A stretch of 59,739 nt of DNA from an uncultured Oscillospiraceae bacterium. Lineage in GTDB: Bacteria; Bacillota; Clostridia; Acetivibrionales; DTU013. Of this stretch, positions 1 to 7,762 are shown one piece after another. The stretch spans positions 259-59,997 of the forward strand of contig CAZPMC010000009.1 of NCBI GenBank assembly GCA_964587755.1. Reading direction: 5' to 3'. The stretch's first letter is position 1. Every line of letters begins with the position of its first letter. Below the pieces are notes generated by a model that saw only the letters and a list, made by a program, of their open reading frames with translations, ran no database searches and was not told the origin of the DNA. A program made the translations under genes and the position numbers.

Positions 1-22
1 CTAGCGTTTCCATCTTCTTTAA

Positions 23-248
23 GTTGAACCTTAACATGAGATGTATTGAAATGTGTCATAACTGCTGCAGTCAAGTCCAAAATTCTGTTGAACCTTAACA
101 TGAGATGTATTGAAATCAGATTACACAATTACGGCAGACGGCTCCGCTAGCGGTTGAACCTTAACATGAGATGTATTGAAATCCGTATAAGCCGGGGTTT
201 TCAGTAGAACCTCCACAAACACAACCTTAACATTAGATGTATAGAATC
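23..248 (+). CRISPR. CRISPR array, trailer-proximal end (3 intact repeats + 1 degenerate terminal repeat); array continues off the left edge
   Basis: 30-bp repeat GTTGAACCTTAACATGAGATGTATTGAAAT at 23-52, 87-116, 153-182. Degenerate copy ACACAACCTTAACATTAGATGTATAGAATC at 219-248. Unique spacers 53-86 (34 bp), 117-152 (36 bp), 183-218 (36 bp); 1-22 is the end of another spacer. The repeat ends in ATTGAAAT (8-nt crRNA handle type), which sets + orientation. Confidence 0.93.
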
Positions 249-433
249 CACTGGTAATATAACTAATACTCTTAATGCTCTTCAAAAAATTACCATAGCG
301 GACAAAATTGCAATCCAATGCTACACCCTTCATGGGTGCGTGGGTTGAAATATTAATAAACTGTTCACAATTTAATCACATCTTCTGGGTATTATGTAAG
401 TACTAGCGAACTTTTCATAACAATCTCCTTATA

Positions 434-463
434 AAAGCTCCGGTAATGCCCCGGGGCTTTTTT
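434..463 (+). terminator. Rho-independent terminator downstream of the CRISPR array
   Basis: AAAGCTCCGG (434-443) pairs with CCGGGGCTTT (451-460) with one U-G pair, a 7-nt loop and a T-run to 463. Confidence 0.6.
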
Positions 464-503
464 AATGCCTGAAAATTATCTAGAAATATTATGAAAATTT
501 GTA

Positions 504-532
504 TTGACAAAAGGAACATTGCTCCATATAAT
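504..532 (+). promoter_or_regulatory. sigma-A type promoter of the PadR operon
   Basis: TTGACA at 504-509, 17-nt spacer, TATAAT at 527-532. Confidence 0.6.
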
Positions 533-542
533 ATAACGTAAG

Positions 543-569
543 ACGATATATCGAGTAACGATATATCGT
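543..569 (+). promoter_or_regulatory. Two identical palindromic operator-like sites (putative PadR autoregulation sites)
   Basis: CGATATATCG at 544-553 and 559-568. The second extends to the 12-bp perfect palindrome ACGATATATCGT (558-569). The sites lie between the -10 box and the PadR start codon, with centres 15 bp apart. Confidence 0.5.
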
Positions 570-613
570 GAAGGGATATAACGTCAGCCGTTATTTAGGA
601 AGGGGGCAGCATA

Positions 614-940
614 ATGGAGGAGAAATCTTCAATAGCACTTACAGAAGCTGTATATTATATTTTGCTATCACTTTACCAGCCTTTGCATGGATACGGCATT
701 ATTCAGAATGTTGCTGCATTGAGCGACAACAGGCTGAATCTTGCGCCAGGAACACTATATGGTGCAATCAGTTCTCTTTTGGAGAAGAACTGGATTAGGG
801 CACTTCCCGGAGAGAAAAACTCAAGGAAAAAGGAATATATCATTACCAACACAGGGAAATTCGTATTGGAAGAAGAGCTGAAAAGGTTGGAGGAGCTCAT
901 ACGAAATGGAAAAAGGATAGTTAAGGGGGAGAATCCATGA
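614..940 (+). CDS. PadR family transcriptional regulator
   Basis: 108 aa. Winged-helix motif YYILLSLYQPLHGYGIIQNV...LAPGTLYGAISSLLEKNWI is typical of PadR. RBS GGAAGGGGG lies upstream. Confidence 0.9.
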   Translation: MEEKSSIALTEAVYYILLSLYQPLHGYGIIQNVAALSDNRLNLAPGTLYGAISSLLEKNWIRALPGEKNSRKKEYIITNTGKFVLEEELKRLEELIRNGKRIVKGENP

Positions 941-1482
941 GGACTATTGAGAGGAAATTGTTTTTTGTCAACCAGCATGAGAAGGAAGAGGAATGGCTGA
1001 ATTACATGTCCTCAAAGGGTAAAGCCATGCTTTGTTATAGGTTTCCCTGTTATTATGAATTTGAGGATTGTGAGCCCGGAGAGTATATTTACAGGATTGA
1101 ACTGCTGGACAATTGGCCTAGTAGTACAGAGAGCAGGAAGTACATTGAGTTTTTAGAGGATACGGGAATAGAGATTGTTGGATCTTATTTGAGATGGTGC
1201 TATTTTAGGAAAAAAGCAAAGGACGGCTCCTTTGACTTATTCTCCGATTTGGAATCAAAGATTAAGCATTATAAGAGAATATTCAGATTTTTATTTCCTG
1301 TTTTTATATTAGAGTTTATACTTGCTGCCACGAACTTAATTTCGGGATTTGCGACTGGTTACAGCTATACATGGAGCACCACTTTTTTGCTTATATTTTT
1401 TGCAGTAGTGATAGGATATTTTGAAATATCATTGCTTCGAAAGATTACTAAGCTGAAAAAAGAACACCTGATAAGAGAATGA
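937..1482 (+). CDS. DUF2812 domain membrane protein (usual PadR partner)
   Basis: 4-bp overlap with the PadR gene. EKEEEWLNYMSSKG...GEYIYRIELL...YIEFLEDTGIEIVGSYLRWCYFRKK matches the DUF2812 pattern. Two C-terminal TM helices. Confidence 0.85.
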   Translation: MRTIERKLFFVNQHEKEEEWLNYMSSKGKAMLCYRFPCYYEFEDCEPGEYIYRIELLDNWPSSTESRKYIEFLEDTGIEIVGSYLRWCYFRKKAKDGSFDLFSDLESKIKHYKRIFRFLFPVFILEFILAATNLISGFATGYSYTWSTTFLLIFFAVVIGYFEISLLRKITKLKKEHLIRE

Positions 1483-1509
1483 TAATATAATAGATACTAC
1501 TGACATCAA

Positions 1510-1543
1510 AAAAGCTTGGCCTCGATATAAGGGTCAAGCTTTT
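1510..1543. terminator. Bidirectional terminator between convergent genes
   Basis: AAAAGCTTGGCC / GGGTCAAGCTTTT stem flanked by an A-run and a T-run. It overlaps the stop codon of the minus-strand flavodoxin fragment. Confidence 0.6.
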
Positions 1544-2033
1544 GTGCCGGTATGATTTCCCACCCAATTAATGAGAGAATCACCTAAATCCTCAGGTGTG
1601 ATGACACTATTCATAACGGTTCTTATTGTAATGCTGTCTATCAGCTTGCCTCCGCGCTTTTCAATGCTTTTGCCGATTATGTCAATAGCCATTTGGGGAA
1701 TCTTGTCATCTGCCAGAGTAATAAACAAATATACATTCTTCCCTTTAAAGTCCCCGCTGTCAATATATGAGTTGATTGCAGGCGAGGGCTTTGATGCCCA
1801 GACCTGTGCTCCGAGGTAAATGTTGTCATAGTTATTCAAAGGGAAATTTGATGCTTTATCTTACTCTTTAAGCCGAACAAGGCTTCAAATGCTCCTGTGA
1901 TAAACCCTATCTTGCCTTTGCGGGGCTTAACCTCTACGATTCTATCCAAGTCGCCGCCGATGAGACGGTGAAGCTCTTTTGCTGCTACTTCGGTGTTGCC
2001 TGTCCAGGAATAATAGACAATAAGATTTTTCAT
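1534..2033 (-). pseudogene. Flavodoxin-like protein split by a frameshift (two overlapping ORFs 1836-2033 and 1534-1839)
   Basis: The N-terminal part MKNLIVYYSWTGNTE... has the flavodoxin FMN loop. The C-terminal part ...YDNIYLGAQVWASKPSPAINSYI... continues the same fold in another frame. The junction lies in the A-rich run AAGATAAAGCATCAAATTTCCCTTTGAATAAC. RBS GAGGTG lies 6 nt upstream of the ATG at 2033. Confidence 0.7.
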
Positions 2034-2198
2034 GTTTAACACCTCGTTTTTTCCAATCCAATTAATTTCATTATATAAAAAATGAAATATCTGTCAATCA
2101 ATTTATTCATGCAAATTTGGTTTTTGATTTTAGTGTATAATAATAGAGTAAACACCGAACCGAGAAGAATAAAGAAGAATAAAAAAGAGAGATGGCTA

Positions 2199-4007
2199 AT
2201 GGAAGGTTTTTTTGAAAATGCCAGGAAGTTTTGGGATTGGATTTCGTCAGTATCCGGCGAATTAACAGAGGGTATGGAAGGCTTGTCCTTGCCGGCTGTT
2301 GGAATAGCGGGCTACTATACTTTTGCGGTCAGATTGCTATTGCCGGTATTGGCGGCAGTCATATTTATCCGTTGTATACTGCCATTACTGCGCGGCAGGG
2401 GCTCAAAGCGGCCGTGGGCATACCTTATTATGCCTGACGGTTCAAAGGTTCCACTAAAGCACTGGGAAAATTCCATTGGAAGAAGCAAGCTATCAGATAT
2501 TGTGGTGGATTTCGCCTTCTTATCAAGAAGCCATGCAGTTCTTTCGTTTTGTAATAAAAAATGGACAATCTCAGATTTGGGCTCAAAGGGCGGTATCAAG
2601 GTTAATGGTGAAAAGATTGAGGAGCCAGCAAAGGTAGAGTATGGAGATGTAATTTCCCTTGCCGGATTTGAAATAACGCTATGTGCACCTGATAGCGAGC
2701 CAAAGGACACTATGCAGCTTGATGAAAACGAAGACATTTTGTCAAGAGTGGAGTCAATAGGAAATAGTATCAAACCGGGGCTAACGCTGCTTATGATCTT
2801 GATTTTCCAAGCTCTCGGCGCTATTCAGATTATTTTGGCAATGGGCAGCGATTTGAAGACGTCTGTTCCTATTTCGTTTTTAGCTTTTTTTGCGATGGAG
2901 ATCCTTTACTATATTTTTATGGGTAAACGGGGGAGGAAGCATTTTGAGACTGAAATGCTGGCATATTTCCTGTGTGGCTTAAATCTGATGGTTGTTGCTT
3001 CGGCAGCTTCCGGTTCTATTTATAAGCAGCTTGTTGCAACCGCTGCGGGAATGGCTGTTTATATTATGTTGAGCTTTTTGATACGGGACTTGGGAAGAGC
3101 GCGCAAATTAAAATATGTTCTTGCCGCGGGAGCTATCTTGCTTCTTGTTTTAAATCTTGCTATCGGAGAAACCCGGTTCGGCGCTAAAAACTGGATTAAT
3201 CTAGGCTTTATAACATTTCAGCCTCTTGAGTTTGTGAAGGTAGCCTTTGTAATTGCAGGTACTGCGACATTGGACAGACTGCTTACGCGGCAGAATATGA
3301 CTGCATTTATAGGGTTTTCCGCAGCATGCATCTGCGCACTTGTGCTTATAAGAGATTTAGGCACGGCGGTGGTCTTTTTCGGTACTTTTATTGTTATAGC
3401 ATTTATGCGCTCGGGGGATGTGAGGACAATTGCATTGATATCCTCGGGAGCCGTATTGGGAGCCATAGGTGCAATAGCCTTTTTGCCCTACATTGCTTCG
3501 CGTTTTGCAACCTGGGGGAATGCTTGGGAATATGCAAACAGCTCAGGATACCAGCAAACTCGGACTATGATCGCTGCCGCTAACGGAGGGCTTTTTGGAG
3601 TAGGGGGAAGAAACGGATATTTATCAAATGTTGCTGCAGCCGATACAGACCTTGTATTTGGGCTTATATGCGAGGAGTGGGGTCTTGTGATTGCGCTGAC
3701 AGTGGTTTTTATTGTAATATTTTTTGCAGTGTATGCACTGCTGCTGACAAAAAGCTGTCGTTCATCCTTTTATGCGATTGCGGCGTGCGGAGCGGCGTCT
3801 ATTTTTCTTATACAGACAGGATTAAATGTTTTCGGATCCCTGGATATTTTGCCTCTAACGGGGGTGACTATACCTTTTGTGTCAAACGGGGGCTCTTCGA
3901 TGATAGCTTCATGGGGACTTCTGGCATTCATTAAAGCCGCTGACGATCGTACTGACAGCCGTACGTCGACTGCTAAGGGTATCGTTATGAAAGGAGCAGT
4001 TGAATGA
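2199..4007 (+). CDS. FHA domain-containing FtsW/RodA/SpoVE (SEDS) family peptidoglycan polymerase
   Basis: N-terminal TM helix. FHA signature GRSKLSDIVVDFAFLSRSHAVLSF...WTISDLGSKGGIKVNGEKI (about 2415-2681). Then a 9-10 TM SEDS core (GAKNWINLGFITFQPLEFVKV, GLFGVGG, PFVSNGGSS). The start is placed at ATG 2199; the ORF is open from 2082. Confidence 0.88.
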   Translation: MEGFFENARKFWDWISSVSGELTEGMEGLSLPAVGIAGYYTFAVRLLLPVLAAVIFIRCILPLLRGRGSKRPWAYLIMPDGSKVPLKHWENSIGRSKLSDIVVDFAFLSRSHAVLSFCNKKWTISDLGSKGGIKVNGEKIEEPAKVEYGDVISLAGFEITLCAPDSEPKDTMQLDENEDILSRVESIGNSIKPGLTLLMILIFQALGAIQIILAMGSDLKTSVPISFLAFFAMEILYYIFMGKRGRKHFETEMLAYFLCGLNLMVVASAASGSIYKQLVATAAGMAVYIMLSFLIRDLGRARKLKYVLAAGAILLLVLNLAIGETRFGAKNWINLGFITFQPLEFVKVAFVIAGTATLDRLLTRQNMTAFIGFSAACICALVLIRDLGTAVVFFGTFIVIAFMRSGDVRTIALISSGAVLGAIGAIAFLPYIASRFATWGNAWEYANSSGYQQTRTMIAAANGGLFGVGGRNGYLSNVAAADTDLVFGLICEEWGLVIALTVVFIVIFFAVYALLLTKSCRSSFYAIAACGAASIFLIQTGLNVFGSLDILPLTGVTIPFVSNGGSSMIASWGLLAFIKAADDRTDSRTSTAKGIVMKGAVE

Positions 4008-5365
4008 GACTTATACTTAAACGGGCTATTGCTCTTTTAGTGCTTATATCTTTACTTGTTTGCGGTCTTATGTTCTTTTTAACAAAGTATTTTTTCAATG
4101 CGCCTAAATGGGCAAGTCACCCTGCAAACAAGCATTTATATAAAAACGGGCGGATCATTTCATCCGGAAGTATTTTTGACCGTTCAGGCAAAATGCTTTT
4201 TATGATGGATGGGGGCATCGCAAGGTACAATGACAATAAAACGATACGAACTGCCGTAATGCATGCCGTAGGGGATATGGAGGGCTATGTAGCTACTGGT
4301 GCCAGGACCGTTTTTAAGGATAAGCTCATGGGCTGGAATTTTATTAACGGGGCGTATCATTTTGATAAATCAGACTTTGGAAGTGATATAACCCTGACAC
4401 TGGATTCTGATTTGTGTGCTGTGGCTTATAATGCATTAAGCGGCCGGAAGGGGACAGTGGGAGTCTACAATTATAAGAGCGGAGAAATAATATGTATGGT
4501 CAGCTCCCCTTCCTATGATCCGCAAAATCCGCCTAATGTGAAGGATAACCCTGAAAAGTACGAGGGTGTTTATATGAACCGGTTTCTTTCCTCGGCATAT
4601 ACACCGGGCTCTATATTTAAGCTGGTGACGGCTGCTGCGGCAATCGATACTCTTGATGAAGCTGAAAGCAGGGTTTACAGATGTGATGGAAAGAAGGTTA
4701 TAGACGGTAAAGCTGTAACATGCCTGTCAGCTCATGGAGATGTTACACTGGAGAAGGCACTTGCGGAGTCCTGCAATATAGCATTTGCTGAAATATCTCT
4801 TGAGCTTGGTGCTGAAAAGCTGCAGGAATATGCAAATTTGACTGGCTTTAATTCAAGCCTGAAGGTTGACGGGATAAATACCTCAAAAGGTACAGTGGAC
4901 CTTACGAAAGCCGATGGGGGAGATCTCGCCTGGGCGGGAATAGGGCAATACACAAATACGGCAAACCCTCTCAACTTTATGGTTTATATGGGGGCTATTG
5001 CTAATGACGGCATTGCTGTAAGGCCGCGAATACTTGCCGGTAGCGGGATATTTGCAGAAGCCTCTGCCGTTTCAGGTAAAAATGATAGAATATTGGAAGA
5101 GGATACTGCAAGAGCACTGGGAAGTATGATGAGGAATAACGTCTTAAGCAAATACGGAGAAAAGAATTTTAAAAACCTTGAAATGTGTGCTAAGACAGGT
5201 ACGGCCGAGGTAGGCGAGGGTATCAGGCCTCATGCATGGTTTGCAGGATTCTTGGACAGAGAGGATGCACCTTATGCATTTGTAGTCATTGTAGAAAATG
5301 GCGGCTCAGGCAGCCAGGTGGCGGGCGCAGTTGCCGCAAAGGTCTTGAAGGCAGCAGTAGAATAA
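4004..5365 (+). CDS. Class B penicillin-binding protein (D,D-transpeptidase), cognate partner of the SEDS protein
   Basis: 4-bp overlap with the SEDS gene. N-terminal TM anchor. SxxK (TPGSIFK), SxN (AESCNIAF) and KTG (AKTGTAE) motifs. Confidence 0.9.
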   Translation: MRLILKRAIALLVLISLLVCGLMFFLTKYFFNAPKWASHPANKHLYKNGRIISSGSIFDRSGKMLFMMDGGIARYNDNKTIRTAVMHAVGDMEGYVATGARTVFKDKLMGWNFINGAYHFDKSDFGSDITLTLDSDLCAVAYNALSGRKGTVGVYNYKSGEIICMVSSPSYDPQNPPNVKDNPEKYEGVYMNRFLSSAYTPGSIFKLVTAAAAIDTLDEAESRVYRCDGKKVIDGKAVTCLSAHGDVTLEKALAESCNIAFAEISLELGAEKLQEYANLTGFNSSLKVDGINTSKGTVDLTKADGGDLAWAGIGQYTNTANPLNFMVYMGAIANDGIAVRPRILAGSGIFAEASAVSGKNDRILEEDTARALGSMMRNNVLSKYGEKNFKNLEMCAKTGTAEVGEGIRPHAWFAGFLDREDAPYAFVVIVENGGSGSQVAGAVAAKVLKAAVE

Positions 5366-5425
5366 TGGTGCCAGGCACTGAAGTGGCATCAAGAAGTGGC
5401 ACCCAGAAAAGTGTGGAGGTGTTTG
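5361..5425. repeat. Short copy of the GC-rich repeat family between the PBP and C11 genes
   Basis: GGTGCCAGGCACTGAAG (5367-5383) is the reverse complement of the CTTCAGTGCCTGGCRCC motif at 26539-26555 and 40109-40124. It is followed by GTGTGGAGGTG, resembling the inverted AACCTCCACAAAC motif. Confidence 0.55.
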
Positions 5426-5431
5426 GCAGAA

Positions 5432-7720
5432 ATGTATGAGAGAAAAAGACCGGATGTCTTGGGGCGTGATAAAAGAACAGGAAGAAAAGGTGTTTTGGGC
5501 AAACCAAGAGCCTCACAGCGTGCAAAAAGCACCGGAGCCCAGAGGCACTCCGGCGGAGCAGGATATCCGGGGGGCGCAGGCCGGTCTAACAGGGGTGCAA
5601 CATTTTTCATGACCTCATTATTTACCGGTAAAGGCAGATACCCTAAGTTAATAACGATTTTACTAATTATGGTTGTTACATTTTCCGTATTCGCCAAGCT
5701 TGGAGGCAAAAGCCTTTTTAGAACACAGACTTCTACCTGGCGGACAGGCCAGACTTCCACAGATAATGGAGCATATACGCCGGACATGTCTGTTTCGGAG
5801 CTTTCAAGAAGCAAGCGCACTGTTCTTTTGGGAGACGGAAAGGATATTGTCACGGTTATGGTGTATATGTGCGGGGCAGACCTGGAAGCAAATTATCAGA
5901 TGGCTTCCTCTGATATCCAAGAAATGATTGCATCAGATATAGGAGACAATGTGAACATTATCATTGAGACAGGGGGAGTCCTATACTGGAAAAACAATAA
6001 TATAAGCAATAAGACAAACCAGCGCTATAAGGTGACTTCCGACGGGCTTAAGCTTCTTCAGGACGGACCTGGCGAAAGGTCCATGGTAGAGGCGTCAACC
6101 CTTTCTGATTTCATTGAATACTGTAAAGATACATACCCTGCCGACAGATATGCCCTTATTTTTTGGGGCCATGGCGGCGGCTCAGTAGGCGGTTATGGCT
6201 ACGACCAGCACTTTCCAGGTAATAGTATGACACTGGATGAAATGGGGGCGGCATTAAAAAAAGGAAATTGCGAATTTGATTTTATAGGCTTTGATGCCTC
6301 CTTAATGGCTACTCTTGAGACGGCACTTGTATTGGAACCGTATGCTGATTATATGATCGCATCACAGGAGGTTGAACCGGGTATAGGTTGGTATTATACG
6401 GGGTGGATAAGCGCTCTTTCAGATAACACATCCATTTCAACTGTTGAGCTAGGCAAAAAGCTGATCGACGACTATATAAATGAAGTCAAAGAAAAAGCAC
6501 CATCAATTCAGGCGACTCTTTCCCTTATTGATTTAGCAGAGTTGAAGGGGACTGTTCCTTCGACATTTTCGGCTTTTGCGAAATCGACAGGTGAGCTTAT
6601 TGATAATGGTGAGTACAAATATATTTCTAATGCTCGTGCAAGCACCAAGGAGTTTTCACCGCAAGCCAAGCTTCATCTAATTGACCTTATACACTTTACT
6701 GAAAATATGGGTACAGCAGAGGCTGAAGCTTTGTCTGAGGCATTGAGAGGATGCATAAAGTATAACAGAAGTTCAATTAATATTACGAATTCAAACGGGA
6801 TATCCTTATTTTTCCCATACGGAGCTACACTTAGGATGAACTCTGTGCTTAGTACATATGACAAGATTGGCATAGACAAAGAATTCAGTCGGTGTATAAA
6901 AATCTTCTCAAGTATGGCTGTGGGTGGACAGGTTAACTCATGGGACAGCAACAATTTGCTCTCACCGCTGTCAGGCGGACTTACCGGGGGGAATCAGGCG
7001 CCAGTTAACCTGGGCTCACTAGGCTACAGCTGGCTTGACAAAGAGCGTATAAAGGCTTCGCAGGACTATTATGAGCAAAACCGGATAGACAGGTCTGCCC
7101 TTGTTATAACACAAAAGAACGGGCAGCGGGTTCTGGCATTGCCCGACAATCAGCGGGAGCTTATTCAGGAAATGGAGATGAATGTGTTTCTCGATGACAC
7201 AGAAGGCTTTATTGAATTAGGTCTCAATAATGTATACGAATACAAGGATGATGGTGACCTTATTATGGAATACGACGGAAAATGGCTTGGGATAAACGGT
7301 CAAATAGTCAGCTACTACATGATATCTGAAGATCGCGATGCACAAGGCAATTATTCTATAAGAGGCCGTGTACCTGCATTTTTAAATGACCGGCTTGTTG
7401 ATATAATTGTCGTTTTTGACAATGAAAACCCTGATGGCACAGTGCTAGGAGCCCAGATAAAATACGAGCCTGAAACCGAGACGGGAACCCTGCATAAGGG
7501 CTTGATTGACATAGAGGCAGGGGATAAAATTGATTTTCTTTGCGGTTATTATACATATGATGGGGAATATATTGATAGATGTATTTTAGGAGAGCAGTAT
7601 ACGGCTACTGGTGATTGGAAGGTTGAAAAACTGTCAATTGCCGGCATGAAATATAAGATGGCGTACAGAATAACTGATATTTATGGTAATTATTACTGGA
7701 CTCAATCAATAAGTGGTTGA
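5432..7720 (+). CDS. Clostripain-like (peptidase C11 family) membrane-anchored protein with Ser in place of the catalytic Cys
   Basis: VMVYMCGADLE, YALIFWGHGGG (His codon 6170-6172) and FIGFDASLMATLE (Ser codon TCC 6299-6301 where C11 enzymes have FDAC). Basic Gly/Arg-rich cytoplasmic tail followed by a TM helix. The ORF is open from 5396; ATG 5432 follows GGAGG. Confidence 0.8.
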   Translation: MYERKRPDVLGRDKRTGRKGVLGKPRASQRAKSTGAQRHSGGAGYPGGAGRSNRGATFFMTSLFTGKGRYPKLITILLIMVVTFSVFAKLGGKSLFRTQTSTWRTGQTSTDNGAYTPDMSVSELSRSKRTVLLGDGKDIVTVMVYMCGADLEANYQMASSDIQEMIASDIGDNVNIIIETGGVLYWKNNNISNKTNQRYKVTSDGLKLLQDGPGERSMVEASTLSDFIEYCKDTYPADRYALIFWGHGGGSVGGYGYDQHFPGNSMTLDEMGAALKKGNCEFDFIGFDASLMATLETALVLEPYADYMIASQEVEPGIGWYYTGWISALSDNTSISTVELGKKLIDDYINEVKEKAPSIQATLSLIDLAELKGTVPSTFSAFAKSTGELIDNGEYKYISNARASTKEFSPQAKLHLIDLIHFTENMGTAEAEALSEALRGCIKYNRSSINITNSNGISLFFPYGATLRMNSVLSTYDKIGIDKEFSRCIKIFSSMAVGGQVNSWDSNNLLSPLSGGLTGGNQAPVNLGSLGYSWLDKERIKASQDYYEQNRIDRSALVITQKNGQRVLALPDNQRELIQEMEMNVFLDDTEGFIELGLNNVYEYKDDGDLIMEYDGKWLGINGQIVSYYMISEDRDAQGNYSIRGRVPAFLNDRLVDIIVVFDNENPDGTVLGAQIKYEPETETGTLHKGLIDIEAGDKIDFLCGYYTYDGEYIDRCILGEQYTATGDWKVEKLSIAGMKYKMAYRITDIYGNYYWTQSISG

Positions 7721-7762
7721 CTCAGGATATAACTATATTTATCATAAGACGGGAGGATATGT

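Noticed and set aside
205-222. 13-nt identity (AACCTCCACAAAC) between the last CRISPR spacer/degenerate repeat and the dispersed repeat motif at 26511-26523
   Set aside because: By rough expectation, a 13-mer shared between a roughly 300-nt region and 2 x 60 kb occurs about half the time by chance. The match also straddles the spacer/repeat boundary and is far shorter than a protospacer.
121-333. 70-aa minus-strand ORF across the CRISPR array
   Set aside because: Its translation repeats FNTSHVKV-type segments because it reads through the CRISPR repeats. It has no RBS and is an artefact of the array.
2082-2198. Upstream extension of the FHA-SEDS ORF (39 extra codons, MKYLSINLF...)
   Set aside because: The AT-rich extension overlaps a promoter-like region (TATAAT around 2135-2145) and has no RBS. 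The ATG at 2199 gives an N-terminus leading directly into the first TM helix.
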